From: a virus
Taxonomy: Duplodnaviria > Caudoviricetes
Strand: one strand, 5' to 3'
Length of the DNA: 64,000 nucleotides
Virus record (IMG/VR): IMGVR_UViG_2510065010_000001
Coordinates: 32,001 to 96,000 of that record
The position numbers were made by a program, and so were the translations under genes. Under the pieces are notes generated by a model. It did not search any database. It saw only the letters and a program-made list of their open reading frames with translations, and was not told the DNA's origin. This document shows, piece by piece, positions 10,306 to 20,044 of the stretch; positions within the stretch are counted from its first letter, which is position 1, and each line of letters begins with the position of its first letter.

Positions 10306-11826
10306 TTGACATCTCCCCCTGCTAGAAGCATGGGGATTCTAAACTGATGTTGCTACGGCGGCTATAAGCCGCACTTCGCAACGTTTACGATATGATTTAT
10401 TTAACCTCTTAAACAAGTCATATCGCTGTGGCACTGTCAAAGATGCCCTACCCACCTCGACTAGGTTTAATCCTAGCTGTGTGGCTACTTTTCTCATGAT
10501 GTTGGCACTTCCATTACAATCAGCGTTAATTAAGTGACCATCACGACTTTTATACAATCCACGTTTTACCCGTTGTCCTGACGGTTTCCATCCGTTGGGT
10601 TTTTCACCGTGTTTATGGAGGCTGTCGCCATCTAGGTAAGACACTTTCGATGTGTAAGCTTCTTCAGTAATTGTTAACTGTATTCCGTATTCTGGGCAAA
10701 GTTGTTTTAAGCGCTCAATCAATCTGCCTGTAGGTATGACCACAAAGTTTTGATTTCCACGCTTGCCCATATTGGAGCTATTCTTTTGACCGTCGTTCCA
10801 TCCAATAATCAGATTACCAACTTTATCATTAAGACATTGATTAACAATAAATCTTGCTGCTTTGTTAGTAGCATCCCGCATCTGATTATTACGTTTACGC
10901 TGTACTCGGTCTAAGTTGCTATCCCAATAAAAATCTGACTTCCCTTGTTTGTATTTAGCGACCAGACGGCAGTATCCTTGATTCATTGACTTAAGTTTCC
11001 TGCCATCAATAATCAAGCTTTTACCGCGAGTTGAAACACCTGTTAGCCAGTTAGTACCGCCGTGGTCAAAACTCCAAGCTTGGGAGTAATCAAGATTAGG
11101 ATTAACATCGATTGGTTCTTTGCCATCATCAATAACCCAATCAATCCATAATTCACCCAAATAAGGTCTGACTGTCACCTCTTTAACCCAATCAGAGTCA
11201 ATGAAATCTGGTAAGTGTAAAGTGATTTCAGTTAGTAACTGTGGTTTAGTTTCCTTGCTTATTGAAGGGTAAAAACAACCGTTTTTGTAGGTCAAAGCTT
11301 GACGTGGAAATGTTACTGCTGCTAAACCTCCCTTTTTACGATACTTAGGCAAAGATGGTCTATCAACATCACCTTGATAATATTTTTTGACCAACCCGTT
11401 GTAACTGGTTATTGATTCTCCCACAGTCTTGAGCGTTTGTTGTGCTGACTGTGCAGCCATTGCCTTGTAATGTGGGTTGTCTTTAAGAATTTTATCTAGC
11501 TCTGGGTAAGTAGTTTTGCAATGGTAGGTTTTCCACCCATAACGCAATTCATCACCTTTCCAGTATGTCGTAAAAGCATTTTCGGATTCTTGCAAACTTG
11601 CATAATGGGCTTGCTTTGTCACGTATATGGCGCAATTAATCAAGCTGTTAGCGTGTTCACATTGGTCAACCCAAAAAGCTTTTTCTTCATCGGGGAATTT
11701 AGCTTTTAGCGGTATTGTTCTGTACAACTTGTTATCACCTCCTGTTTAGGAGTATAGGCAACAGACTGGTAATACTCCAGTCTCTTTTCATCGAACGCAA
11801 TGTCTGCTTCTTTTACACTAACCAAG
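10306..11826 (-). mobile_element. IS200/IS605-family element with tnpB only (IS1341-like)
   Basis: Right end hairpin CCCCATGCTTCTAGCAGGGGG..GTCAA at 10306; left end after TTAG at 11817 or 11826; rejoining flanks creates a stop for the interrupted gene. Confidence 0.8.
10339..11727 (-). CDS. tnpB: RNA-guided endonuclease TnpB
   Basis: SFDHG, TEEAYTSK, NADCNGSANI motifs; RuvC-II region reads IGWN as in cyanobacterial TnpBs. Confidence 0.92.
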   Translation of the reverse strand: MYRTIPLKAKFPDEEKAFWVDQCEHANSLINCAIYVTKQAHYASLQESENAFTTYWKGDELRYGWKTYHCKTTYPELDKILKDNPHYKAMAAQSAQQTLKTVGESITSYNGLVKKYYQGDVDRPSLPKYRKKGGLAAVTFPRQALTYKNGCFYPSISKETKPQLLTEITLHLPDFIDSDWVKEVTVRPYLGELWIDWVIDDGKEPIDVNPNLDYSQAWSFDHGGTNWLTGVSTRGKSLIIDGRKLKSMNQGYCRLVAKYKQGKSDFYWDSNLDRVQRKRNNQMRDATNKAARFIVNQCLNDKVGNLIIGWNDGQKNSSNMGKRGNQNFVVIPTGRLIERLKQLCPEYGIQLTITEEAYTSKVSYLDGDSLHKHGEKPNGWKPSGQRVKRGLYKSRDGHLINADCNGSANIMRKVATQLGLNLVEVGRASLTVPQRYDLFKRLNKSYRKRCEVRLIAAVATSV

Positions 11827-12278
11827 CTAAATCCTCTATATTTAATCAGACGGTCTTCACCTTCTTCAAAACAAAAGGTATTAGCATTGTCATTTGAAAA
11901 AGGTGTTCCAGTCCAAATTGGATTTCCGTCATCGTCTTCGCCATCTAAATAAGTGCAGGCGATCGACTTGGCGTAATCTTCAGCTAGAGCTGAGTTTGGA
12001 CAGTTAAATGTAATTGCATCGTCATACTCGTGCTCTCCATCAATTATTGTGACTCGAAGCTCGTAGTTAGTTGACTTGCCAGCTTCTTGTTCTAGATGCT
12101 CTATGTAGCCACACAGTCCAAGGCTGTACTCATGGAGTAATCTAATCTGATAGACCAGTTCTTCACCAGATTGACTATTTTTACCATTGATACCATTGCA
12201 CAGTTGTGCAGATAGCTCGTGTATTTTTACAACATCCTTCTTGATGTACTGAAAGTCTTGTTCGTTTAGAGTTATCAT
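11706..12278 (-). CDS. Hypothetical protein; C-terminus extended by IS left end
   Basis: 190-aa ORF running into the IS left end. Confidence 0.65.
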   Translation of the reverse strand: MITLNEQDFQYIKKDVVKIHELSAQLCNGINGKNSQSGEELVYQIRLLHEYSLGLCGYIEHLEQEAGKSTNYELRVTIIDGEHEYDDAITFNCPNSALAEDYAKSIACTYLDGEDDDGNPIWTGTPFSNDNANTFCFEEGEDRLIKYRGFSLVSVKEADIAFDEKRLEYYQSVAYTPKQEVITSCTEQYR

Positions 12279-12289
12279 TGTTACTTCTG

Positions 12290-12505
12290 CTAGAAGTTAA
12301 ACAGCAAGGTGAAACCTGCTTTCTTAGTCGCCTTCAAAACAGCATTCGGGTGCTGGTTTCCACCTCTTAGCTCTTTTAGAATTTTGTCTTCAACTTTTTT
12401 GTCGTAAATTTTGTCCCCGGAAGCCATTGCATTTCCGCGAACAGGTGTATCTTCTTCGATGGCTTTTACACTAATCTGAACTTCTCCAATTTTTTCAATG
12501 TGCAT
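12290..12505 (-). CDS. Hypothetical protein (possibly truncated)
   Basis: 71-aa ORF with EDTPVRGNAMASGD motif. Confidence 0.5.
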   Translation of the reverse strand: MHIEKIGEVQISVKAIEEDTPVRGNAMASGDKIYDKKVEDKILKELRGGNQHPNAVLKATKKAGFTLLFNF

Positions 12506-12670
12506 ATAGGGTTTAAGTCAAGTTGCAAATAACTAAGTAGCGTTATGTTCATATGAAAATAACTTATGAAGGCGTTTAACTCCTTCAAGGTCAGTAGTGG
12601 TGCTGACTGTTATGCGATTGTTTTCAACCTTAAACTGACAACTTCCCACGGCTAGAAGCCAGGGGGTTCT

Positions 12671-14227
12671 TTAGGTTATCGGTTTCTCCCTCAGGCTCTC
12701 GCACGAAGCTACAGCATCCTGGGTCTTAAAATCTTCCCCTAAAGCTTTCGAGACGACCCTCTCCGACGCAGCGTTGTCACTACGTTGACAAACCATCGGT
12801 TTGCCGATTGAAGATTGGTTATAGCGCGTGGTCGCCTGTTGCCAAGCCTTCATCAGGATGGTGTCCCAACCTTGACCCCAGACTTGATTGGCTAGAGTCG
12901 CATTGAAACAGGCGGTTTCAAGATCCACAAATTGACCCAAGAATCCGCTAAACAGATCCCGTTGGGCAATAATGCCGCACTCACAGCGATGCACTCGCAT
13001 TGAGAGCGGCTTTTTGTGGATTCGACCACAGAGACAACGTTGAGATAGCTTGGTTTCCCTGGTTGGAAACTCAAATACAGTGGCTGACGCAGCAGTTTCA
13101 GCTATCCGTCGCAACCGCTCAACAAACATACCGGGGGCACGTCTGCCCACCGACTTTCCGTACATCCTTTGGAAGGCTCTGTACGAAAGCTTTTCTAGCT
13201 TCACCACATTGCCCAAACTGAACACTTCATGGGCGAGTTGATTTTGCAAACTTTTTCGATGTGCCGTCAGTTGACGCTCAATCTCTGCCTTCGAGGAGCG
13301 GGTTTTGAGATAGGTCTTGGAGTGCTGCCAACGCTTTGAACCTTTCTTGACTTTCCCTTTCTTCTTACGCCCCTTAGCATCGACAAAATTAGGTTCAAAG
13401 TTGTCTGGGTTGTTGGCTCTGCGTTGCCGCTCCATTTTGCGCTGCAATCGTCGAACCTCTCTATCCTTGTTCGCCAGTTCATCGCAGAACGGTTTTAATT
13501 CGGCTTGCTCATTGCCAACAATCGCAATGGTGGATGTGCCGATGTCCAGTCCGACAACGCCTTCTCCCATTTGATGCTTGGGCTTCTGAAAAGGCTTCCC
13601 TTCGTTGATGAGTTGTACGTAAAACAGGTTTTGTCCTCTGACCTTACGACGCACCAGACGAACGTATTTAACTGGACTATTTAGCCCGTGCAGGATGACC
13701 GGATCATTCTGATCAATCAGTGGATTCAGAACCAGTCCCGACCAATGGACTTGCTCATTCCTCCAACGAATTCCGGTTGTGTTGGTCTTCCCTTCTAGGC
13801 TATCAAGCTGATTTTTGCTCTTGAAGCGAACCTTCCTGGCTTTGCCGAAATTGACTCGCTCTGTTGCCTGAAATGCGCGAGTTGCAAGTTTCTGAGCGGT
13901 GTTGGCATCAATATGTTTGGCAATCCATCCACCTCCACCATTGCGGATTTCGGTTGCATAGGCATGGAGCGCATATTCGGTATAACCTACAAATTCCCGT
14001 GCGGTCTGAAAGGCTTTGGTTCGCTCTTTCCCTTTCGATAAGGTCTTAGCAAACTGGTACAGCTTCGATTGCTTGTAGAGTCCCAATCGCTTCACCGATT
14101 CTCCCAGGCAGGCGTTATAGAGTTGACGACCAGCTTCTAACCGAGCCAACAAGACTCGCGCCTCTGATGGACTAACCACTAGAGGAATGTCGGTTACAAA
14201 GCTGGGTGTTTTTGCTCTTTTTGCCAT
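12671..14227 (-). CDS. tnpB: RNA-guided endonuclease TnpB
   Basis: RQLYNACL; RuvC GLDIG / KLEKL / QRDLFS; CxC..CxCG zinc ribbon. Confidence 0.9.
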   Translation of the reverse strand: MAKRAKTPSFVTDIPLVVSPSEARVLLARLEAGRQLYNACLGESVKRLGLYKQSKLYQFAKTLSKGKERTKAFQTAREFVGYTEYALHAYATEIRNGGGGWIAKHIDANTAQKLATRAFQATERVNFGKARKVRFKSKNQLDSLEGKTNTTGIRWRNEQVHWSGLVLNPLIDQNDPVILHGLNSPVKYVRLVRRKVRGQNLFYVQLINEGKPFQKPKHQMGEGVVGLDIGTSTIAIVGNEQAELKPFCDELANKDREVRRLQRKMERQRRANNPDNFEPNFVDAKGRKKKGKVKKGSKRWQHSKTYLKTRSSKAEIERQLTAHRKSLQNQLAHEVFSLGNVVKLEKLSYRAFQRMYGKSVGRRAPGMFVERLRRIAETAASATVFEFPTRETKLSQRCLCGRIHKKPLSMRVHRCECGIIAQRDLFSGFLGQFVDLETACFNATLANQVWGQGWDTILMKAWQQATTRYNQSSIGKPMVCQRSDNAASERVVSKALGEDFKTQDAVASCESLREKPIT

Positions 14228-14229
14228 CT

Positions 14230-14478
14230 CTATCCAGGGAAAGAATCTGAAAAGTAGCGGTTATAAGCGATGCGATCATACTGCCCAAAGTTTTTGGGAT
14301 TCTGTTTCAGGACGTTGAGATGCTGACCGTACTTCAGCCTGTACCCGTTTGGCAGTTGAATCTCAAACCGCCGAGAAAGCTTGCCTAAAAATACAAGTTG
14401 TTGCCACCTATCCTGTGTCATCGGGCTGGGGAATACGGCAATTAAATCACCTCGTTTGTTGCGCCGAATCACATTCAT
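14230..14478 (-). CDS. IS passenger hypothetical protein
   Basis: 82-aa ORF coupled between the 155-aa ORF and tnpB. Confidence 0.6.
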   Translation of the reverse strand: MNVIRRNKRGDLIAVFPSPMTQDRWQQLVFLGKLSRRFEIQLPNGYRLKYGQHLNVLKQNPKNFGQYDRIAYNRYFSDSFPG

Positions 14479-14942
14479 TCGCTGATCATCTCCCCTTCAA
14501 ACTTGCGCTCACGCAACATCACGTTTACCCGGTCAATTAAGCCTCTACGTTTTGCTTCTTTCTTAACCTCTTTAGACTCTTCGATGCACATTTCCTCTTC
14601 AATCCCATAGACCGCTTCTTGAAACTGCTTGTTGATGCGTATCCAGTCATCTGCTAGTTCTCGCGTTTTGACTTCTTGCGGATCAAGTTTTTGATGTCCA
14701 GATGCCTGCATCAAACCAGTAACCTTTTGCTTGTTCCACCTGAAAAACGGAGTCCCATCTTTGAGCGGAGTTGACTTGCAGAACTCCTCAGATAAAGCTT
14801 GCTCAGTGGGCTTGCCATCCTCAGAGCGTAATCCCAACTCTTTCAGCTTCTTTCCAATTGCCACAGCCGACAGTCCAAACTGCTTTCCGAGCGTGGTTTG
14901 ATTGACCCAGGCATCTGAAAATTTCTGTTTCTTTTTGCCCAT
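14475..14942 (-). CDS. IS passenger protein with antirepressor-like winged HTH
   Basis: QTTLGKQFGLSAVAIGKKLKELGL..GKPTE..F.W pattern. Confidence 0.65.
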   Translation of the reverse strand: MGKKKQKFSDAWVNQTTLGKQFGLSAVAIGKKLKELGLRSEDGKPTEQALSEEFCKSTPLKDGTPFFRWNKQKVTGLMQASGHQKLDPQEVKTRELADDWIRINKQFQEAVYGIEEEMCIEESKEVKKEAKRRGLIDRVNVMLRERKFEGEMISE

Positions 14943-15001
14943 ACCGCGATTCCACTATAAGATCATTAGGTATCTATATGTATAGCGCATTGTATAGCGA
15001 T

Positions 15002-15151
15002 ATGGCAAGAACAAATACACTACCAATTCGATTAACAGACTTGGAGTTAGCAAAGCTAAAGGCTGAGGCAGAACGACAAGACATCTCAATGTCAGAAGTG
15101 ATTAGAGCCTGGATTAACGTCTTGCCTGAACCAGACGGGAAACGTCGATAA
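15002..15151 (+). CDS. Ribbon-helix-helix (CopG-like) protein, 49 aa, not in ORF track
   Basis: Manual translation MARTNTLPIRLTDLELAKLKAEAERQDISMSEVIRAWINVLP. Confidence 0.8.
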   Translation: MARTNTLPIRLTDLELAKLKAEAERQDISMSEVIRAWINVLPEPDGKRR

Positions 15152-15419
15152 GCGAATACTCTGCCGACCTCCGGGGCATCGAACCCCATCGGTCGGCGCG
15201 GGAGGGTTCCGCTTCCTCACCCGTGTCTAAAGCCAGGGGCATCCGCGTTCCCTCCCCAGCCCTCCCATTTCCGGTGACAAAATACTAAAAAATTTCTCAA
15301 CTACTTAACAGTTTCGTAGGGAGTTTGCATCTTTCTGCATTAGTACTGAACAAAATATTGAACACCTTGCGCGCAGATAAACAATCTATGGTTGTTGCAG
15401 CTCTGTTCAACACTTTTTT

Positions 15420-16178
15420 ATGAAACCAATATTAAAAAGGTTTTTCTGTTTCTTAGCTCTTCTCGTTACTCTCTCGAACCTTGGAACTTTACCTTCTCTG
15501 GCAGGCTCGGTACCTGTACAATTTGCCACTACCAGTGGTAACGAAGCAAGCGGGTACTTTGGTTGTGTGATCGAGAGTAAAACTAAACGCCCGGTTTTTG
15601 GAACTATTCTTCATGCTTCTCCAACACCCAGCAGTGTTGGAGGTAGTGGTAAAAACCTTTTAAGCGCTATCAAAGGTAGCGTTTTATTTACTACTAACAA
15701 TATAACTGAGAGAGTACAGCTTAGACCTCTGTCCCAGACGATCAAATACGGTCAATCTTTTGGGTTTTCCGTGCGTATCCCTGATGGAGGCTTGGCTTTG
15801 GTTGCTGTGGGTAGACCCGTAACTGCTTTAACTTCCTATAAGTTAGATGCAAAACTCTTTTGGGTTGACCGAGCAGTGAACCCGATTCGTCCGAGAAATT
15901 CACAACTGGTTACAGTGGATATAGACGGAAAAACTCCAACTCGTTTGTTACCTAGCGGCATTTGCGTCGATGAATCCAAATTTGATGACCAGGACAACCT
16001 TAAAATCTTTAACTGGGGCTGGCAATCTATAAAGGCTCGAATCTCTCAATACTCGCTATCTAACGATAACTTAAGAGATGGATTTTTCGGATTTGTTCTT
16101 GGAGTTGGTGAAGTACTCCGCTGTCTTTTCGGTGGATGTAGTATTGAAAGACCTGGCGGATTTCAGTTTTCACCTTGA
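15420..16178 (+). CDS. Secreted protein, paralog family A (divergent copy 2)
   Basis: Signal peptide; GYFGCVIESKT and RNSQLV..C motifs; hydrophobic C-terminus. Confidence 0.6.
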   Translation: MKPILKRFFCFLALLVTLSNLGTLPSLAGSVPVQFATTSGNEASGYFGCVIESKTKRPVFGTILHASPTPSSVGGSGKNLLSAIKGSVLFTTNNITERVQLRPLSQTIKYGQSFGFSVRIPDGGLALVAVGRPVTALTSYKLDAKLFWVDRAVNPIRPRNSQLVTVDIDGKTPTRLLPSGICVDESKFDDQDNLKIFNWGWQSIKARISQYSLSNDNLRDGFFGFVLGVGEVLRCLFGGCSIERPGGFQFSP

Positions 16179-16643
16179 ATTTACGCTAGTAGCGTAAGAG
16201 AGCCACACCTGAATTAAATCTTCATTACTAACTAAACCACTCGTCAGACTACCAACCTTGCTATTTGCATCTCTTACAATTAAAGGTTTGTTCTTTAACA
16301 AACAAGGATGCACCCCGCACAAGTCTGTTAGTTCTACGCCATCTGAGCCAAATAGTGTATAGATTACTATTTCAAACTCAGGTGGCGTTTTTAGTCCACC
16401 CACTGCATCAACTAAATCACTAATAAGTGGGTCTTCGAGATTAGGCTCTAATGAGTCAGGGCAGATTATTAGCTCATTTATTTCTTTGTTTAGCCCTAAC
16501 GCACGACGATTAAGCTCGTCCGTCGTTAGCTCCTCATTTATTAAGCTTAACAACTTTGGTAAGTTAACTAAACTAGCCTCAGTTGGCGAGACTAGATGCT
16601 GGTTATTTTCTGCAAAACGGAATAGATCTTTTAACGTTTCCAC
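16170..16643 (-). CDS. Hypothetical protein, putative partner family B (copy 2)
   Basis: Convergent with the family A gene; ELIICPD resembles ELVVKPD in 19281..19964. Confidence 0.55.
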   Translation of the reverse strand: METLKDLFRFAENNQHLVSPTEASLVNLPKLLSLINEELTTDELNRRALGLNKEINELIICPDSLEPNLEDPLISDLVDAVGGLKTPPEFEIVIYTLFGSDGVELTDLCGVHPCLLKNKPLIVRDANSKVGSLTSGLVSNEDLIQVWLSYATSVNSR

Positions 16644-17294
16644 GAGTTTTGCTCAACAAATGCAAAAAAATACTTGACCACCTTAGTCAAACACCATCGG
16701 CAGTCAAGCATTCATAATTTTCTTGTCTTTACTGTATCACATCTTAAGAGTTTTTGGAGGTTGGTCAGACTGATATAAACCAGTCCATCCAATACTGGAT
16801 GAACTCTTCAGACTTTTCAAGTTGTTTCAGTTTTGTTGCTACTCCTTCTTCTATAGCAAGGGCAGTTTCCGCAAACCCAGTACCCAGAACAAGCATTAAG
16901 AGTAATGCCACTAATATCTTTTTTATCCTTTTCATTGAAAAATCTCTCTGTTAATAAGCCAAGTCTACAAAGAGGAATATTTTCTTTTGAGTTTGAATTA
17001 TTAATTTTGGCTGTAAACCTGAAAATTTTTTCTAAAAGAAATCCCCTCAGGATTACTCCATCGGGGATTTGTAGGTTAAGCAAGAAGTTCAGTCCTTCTC
17101 ACTCAAATTCTAGCAAATGCTGGCTTGTTAGACTTCAAACGCTTGGGAATGCTTTTGAACTTTTAACCCTGGCGTTCCCCATTTTTCACAAGCTATATAC
17201 TGTTCTGTGTACTCTTTCCGGTGTTGCACCGAGGTGTAAAAGTTAATGTTGACTTCTCCGCCATTTGAAAAAGGCGGATTCTAAGCGGATGTTG

Positions 17295-18677
17295 CTACGC
17301 GCTCTGAAGAGACGCTTCGCAACGCTTACGATATGATTTCTTCAATCCCTTGAATAGATCGTATCGTTTTGGCAGAGTCAAAACTGCCCTAACGGACTCG
17401 GTTAGAACGATGCCTAACTGTGCCGATACCTTTCTGAGGATATTAGCCGCTCCATTGCAATCTGCATTAATCAGAATGCTTTGAGCGGTTTTGTATTGCC
17501 CCCGTTTGATGCGCTTTCCCGATGGTTTCCAGCTTGCGGGTTTTTCACCGTATGTTGGCAAGAAATCCTCATCAATGAATGACGCTTTCGATGTGTACGA
17601 TTCTTCAGTTTCAGTAAACTGAATGCCGCTTTCTTCGCACAGTTGCTTAATGCGATTCTTCAATCGCGATGTGGGAATCTGCACAAATTCTTGATTGTTC
17701 TTCGCACCGATATTGATTCCGTCTTTGTTGCCTTCATTCCAACCGAAAACGACATGACCGATACGGTTTTCGAGGCAGTGATTGATTACTAATCTTGCTG
17801 CTTTGTTAATCGCATCTCTAATTTGACGGTTACGTTTTTCGGTGATTCTAGCTAACTCGAAATCCCAGTATTTAGCAGGCTTGCCAGTCTTGAGAGAGGC
17901 AACGCGGCGATTGTAATTCTGGTTAATCGATTTGAGCTTGCGTCCGTCAACGATGAAACTTTTACCGCGTGTTGAGACACAGGTTAACCAGTTTGATAGA
18001 CCTGGATCAATCCCTAGCGCTTGAGTTGAATCTAATCCTAAGTGACAGGTTGCGCCATCGTTACCATGCTTATAAACGTACTCAGCATAGAATTCGTTGT
18101 TTCTGGGCAGAATTCGCAACTCTACAATTTGATCTGCTTTGATGCCAAAAGCACCATTGATTCTAAGCTCTGACAATCCGAAATGTTCTTTGACAGACGC
18201 GGCATTTTCTTGGCTAATCGGGATTCTGCATTCACCCGTTTCGATATCGAACTGCAACGCCTGTGCAGGAAACGTAATCGGAGCTAAACCGCCTTTTGTC
18301 CGATAATTCGGCATTCTGGGCTTATCAACTTCACCCTTAAAGAACAGTTGCAGCAACTTGTTGAAACTGGTGAAAGACTCAGAAACGCTCTTTAACGTCT
18401 GTTGAGCGCATTGACCGCCTAGCACCTTGTAATGCGGATTGTCTTTCATGACGCTGCACAGATGAGCGTATGGTGCTTTTACCGTTTTCGTTTTGAACTC
18501 AGAGCGGTAAAAGCCATTTGCATCAAAGAATTCAACCCGTGGGCAATCCTCAAAATGAGATTGACGCACTTCAAACAAAGTGGAGTTAATCAAGCTGTTT
18601 GAATGTTGGCACTGATGCACCAAATACGCCATTACTTCGTCCGAAACATTGAGTTTAACTTGAATCGTGCCGTACAT
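17295..18677 (-). CDS. tnpB: RNA-guided endonuclease TnpB
   Basis: GIDPG, TEESYTSK, NADCNGAANI; related to the TnpB at 10339. Confidence 0.93.
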   Translation of the reverse strand: MYGTIQVKLNVSDEVMAYLVHQCQHSNSLINSTLFEVRQSHFEDCPRVEFFDANGFYRSEFKTKTVKAPYAHLCSVMKDNPHYKVLGGQCAQQTLKSVSESFTSFNKLLQLFFKGEVDKPRMPNYRTKGGLAPITFPAQALQFDIETGECRIPISQENAASVKEHFGLSELRINGAFGIKADQIVELRILPRNNEFYAEYVYKHGNDGATCHLGLDSTQALGIDPGLSNWLTCVSTRGKSFIVDGRKLKSINQNYNRRVASLKTGKPAKYWDFELARITEKRNRQIRDAINKAARLVINHCLENRIGHVVFGWNEGNKDGINIGAKNNQEFVQIPTSRLKNRIKQLCEESGIQFTETEESYTSKASFIDEDFLPTYGEKPASWKPSGKRIKRGQYKTAQSILINADCNGAANILRKVSAQLGIVLTESVRAVLTLPKRYDLFKGLKKSYRKRCEASLQSA

Positions 18678-18738
18678 TCTGAATCACCTCCTGTATTCTA
18701 GTACAATATTAACAACGCGGTCTAACAATAAAATCCAT

Positions 18739-19149
18739 ATGAAGTTATCACCCAAAGATTACGAATACCGTCGCACTGAAGGATCTGTGTCCTCAATCAA
18801 CTATCACTTCATCTCTGTCCCTAAACGGCGTAAAGCGGTTCTTGTTCAAGATGTGGCGAAACGATTGCAAGAAATTATCTTTGAGTTAGTCACTGAGCAT
18901 AACTGGAGACTGATTGCGCTCGAAATTATGCCGGATCACGTTCATATGCTCAATAACGCTCCGACCGATGAATCAGCAGCACAGATAGCTAGATGGGTTA
19001 AAGGCAGAGCGGCTAGGATATTGAGGTTAGAATTTCCGCAACTTAAAAAACTACCATGTCTGTGGAGTCCCAGTTACTTTGTTGCAACCACTGGGCAAGT
19101 CAGCACAGACACGGTGATGAAATACATTGAGAACCAACGGAATAAATAA
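18739..19149 (+). CDS. tnpA: IS200-type Y1 HUH transposase
   Basis: YHF..PKRR, PDHVH, LWSPSYF, YIENQ. Confidence 0.93.
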   Translation: MKLSPKDYEYRRTEGSVSSINYHFISVPKRRKAVLVQDVAKRLQEIIFELVTEHNWRLIALEIMPDHVHMLNNAPTDESAAQIARWVKGRAARILRLEFPQLKKLPCLWSPSYFVATTGQVSTDTVMKYIENQRNK

Positions 19150-19280
19150 CCCGGACACACAGAGGGCTAAAGCCCGTTGTTAGCTTTCACCCCTCGATTA
19201 GAAATCGAAGGCTCTCAGCATGATTCAGGTAGGTTTGTAAAACCGGACCCACGGACAGGCTGAATGTATCTTTATTGGTT

Positions 19281-19964
19281 TTACACATCAACAAAAAGAA
19301 AAATTACTTCTTGACTACCTAGAACTAATTTTTCTTCACTTTTTAACTGTCTATCTGACCTTACGACAAATGTGACTTTGTTGGTCATCAATCCTACAAA
19401 CTTCTTCAAGACCTGTTGAAAGGTAGACTCTTCGTTGAGGATGAAGTAATAATTGTCATCTACCTCCCAGGAGTTGTCCGTGTTATTAATAGCACTTTGT
19501 ACAAAACCCGGCAGGTTATTACTTAAACTTAGTCTACTCTTTACAAACTCTGTGTTTAATAGATTTTTGTAATTTTCTGGTATATCTATATTAACTATAG
19601 GACTAAGACTTTTGACGAATTCTGCAAGTTTTAGGTCCGTAGGGTCTGGTTTTACTACAAGTTCTTCTAGTGTTACTTTCGATTTTTCATACAAATATTC
19701 GTATAGTGTTTTTCCGGTAAGTTCATTTGGATGATTTTTGAACCTAAACACTTCCTGCTCTTTTGCATCTATTAAATCGTTGTGGCATGACCAACACACT
19801 TTTTTTACTATATCTTTAACCCAGACTTTCCACTCGTCAGGTTCGTCACCTCTAAACTGTAGAAAATCACGAACCCAAAAAGCTTTCTCAAGCTCATAGC
19901 TCCAGAAGTAAGGTATTTCCATATTTTTTCTCATAGTATAAAGGTTGAGCATAGTATAGCTCAA
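19281..19964 (-). CDS. Hypothetical protein, putative partner family B (copy 3)
   Basis: 227-aa ORF downstream of family A copy 3. Confidence 0.6.
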   Translation of the reverse strand: MSYTMLNLYTMRKNMEIPYFWSYELEKAFWVRDFLQFRGDEPDEWKVWVKDIVKKVCWSCHNDLIDAKEQEVFRFKNHPNELTGKTLYEYLYEKSKVTLEELVVKPDPTDLKLAEFVKSLSPIVNIDIPENYKNLLNTEFVKSRLSLSNNLPGFVQSAINNTDNSWEVDDNYYFILNEESTFQQVLKKFVGLMTNKVTFVVRSDRQLKSEEKLVLGSQEVIFLFVDV

Positions 19965-20044
19965 CCTTTAATTCGTTTAATAAGTTTTAGACTTAATGGT
20001 TAAGATGATTCTGAGTTTGGGACTTCACACTTGTCTTTAGACCA

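Larger units (their letters stand above)
12635..15273 (-). mobile_element. IS200/IS605-derived element: tnpB, two passenger ORFs, divergent RHH gene, no tnpA
   Basis: GC-richer block; right end CCCCCTGGCTTCTAGCCGTGGG..GTCAG at 12635; left end hairpin ~15220-15240 after TCAC. Confidence 0.75.
17249..19236 (-). mobile_element. Complete IS605-group element (divergent tnpA and tnpB)
   Basis: Right end hairpin + GTCAA at 17249; left end hairpin CCTTCGATTTCTAATCGAGG after TTAC at ~19237. Confidence 0.88.

Noticed and set aside
9649-12278. Single gene split by the IS at 10306
   Set aside because: Rejoining at either TTAG candidate gives an immediate TAG stop, so these are two genes
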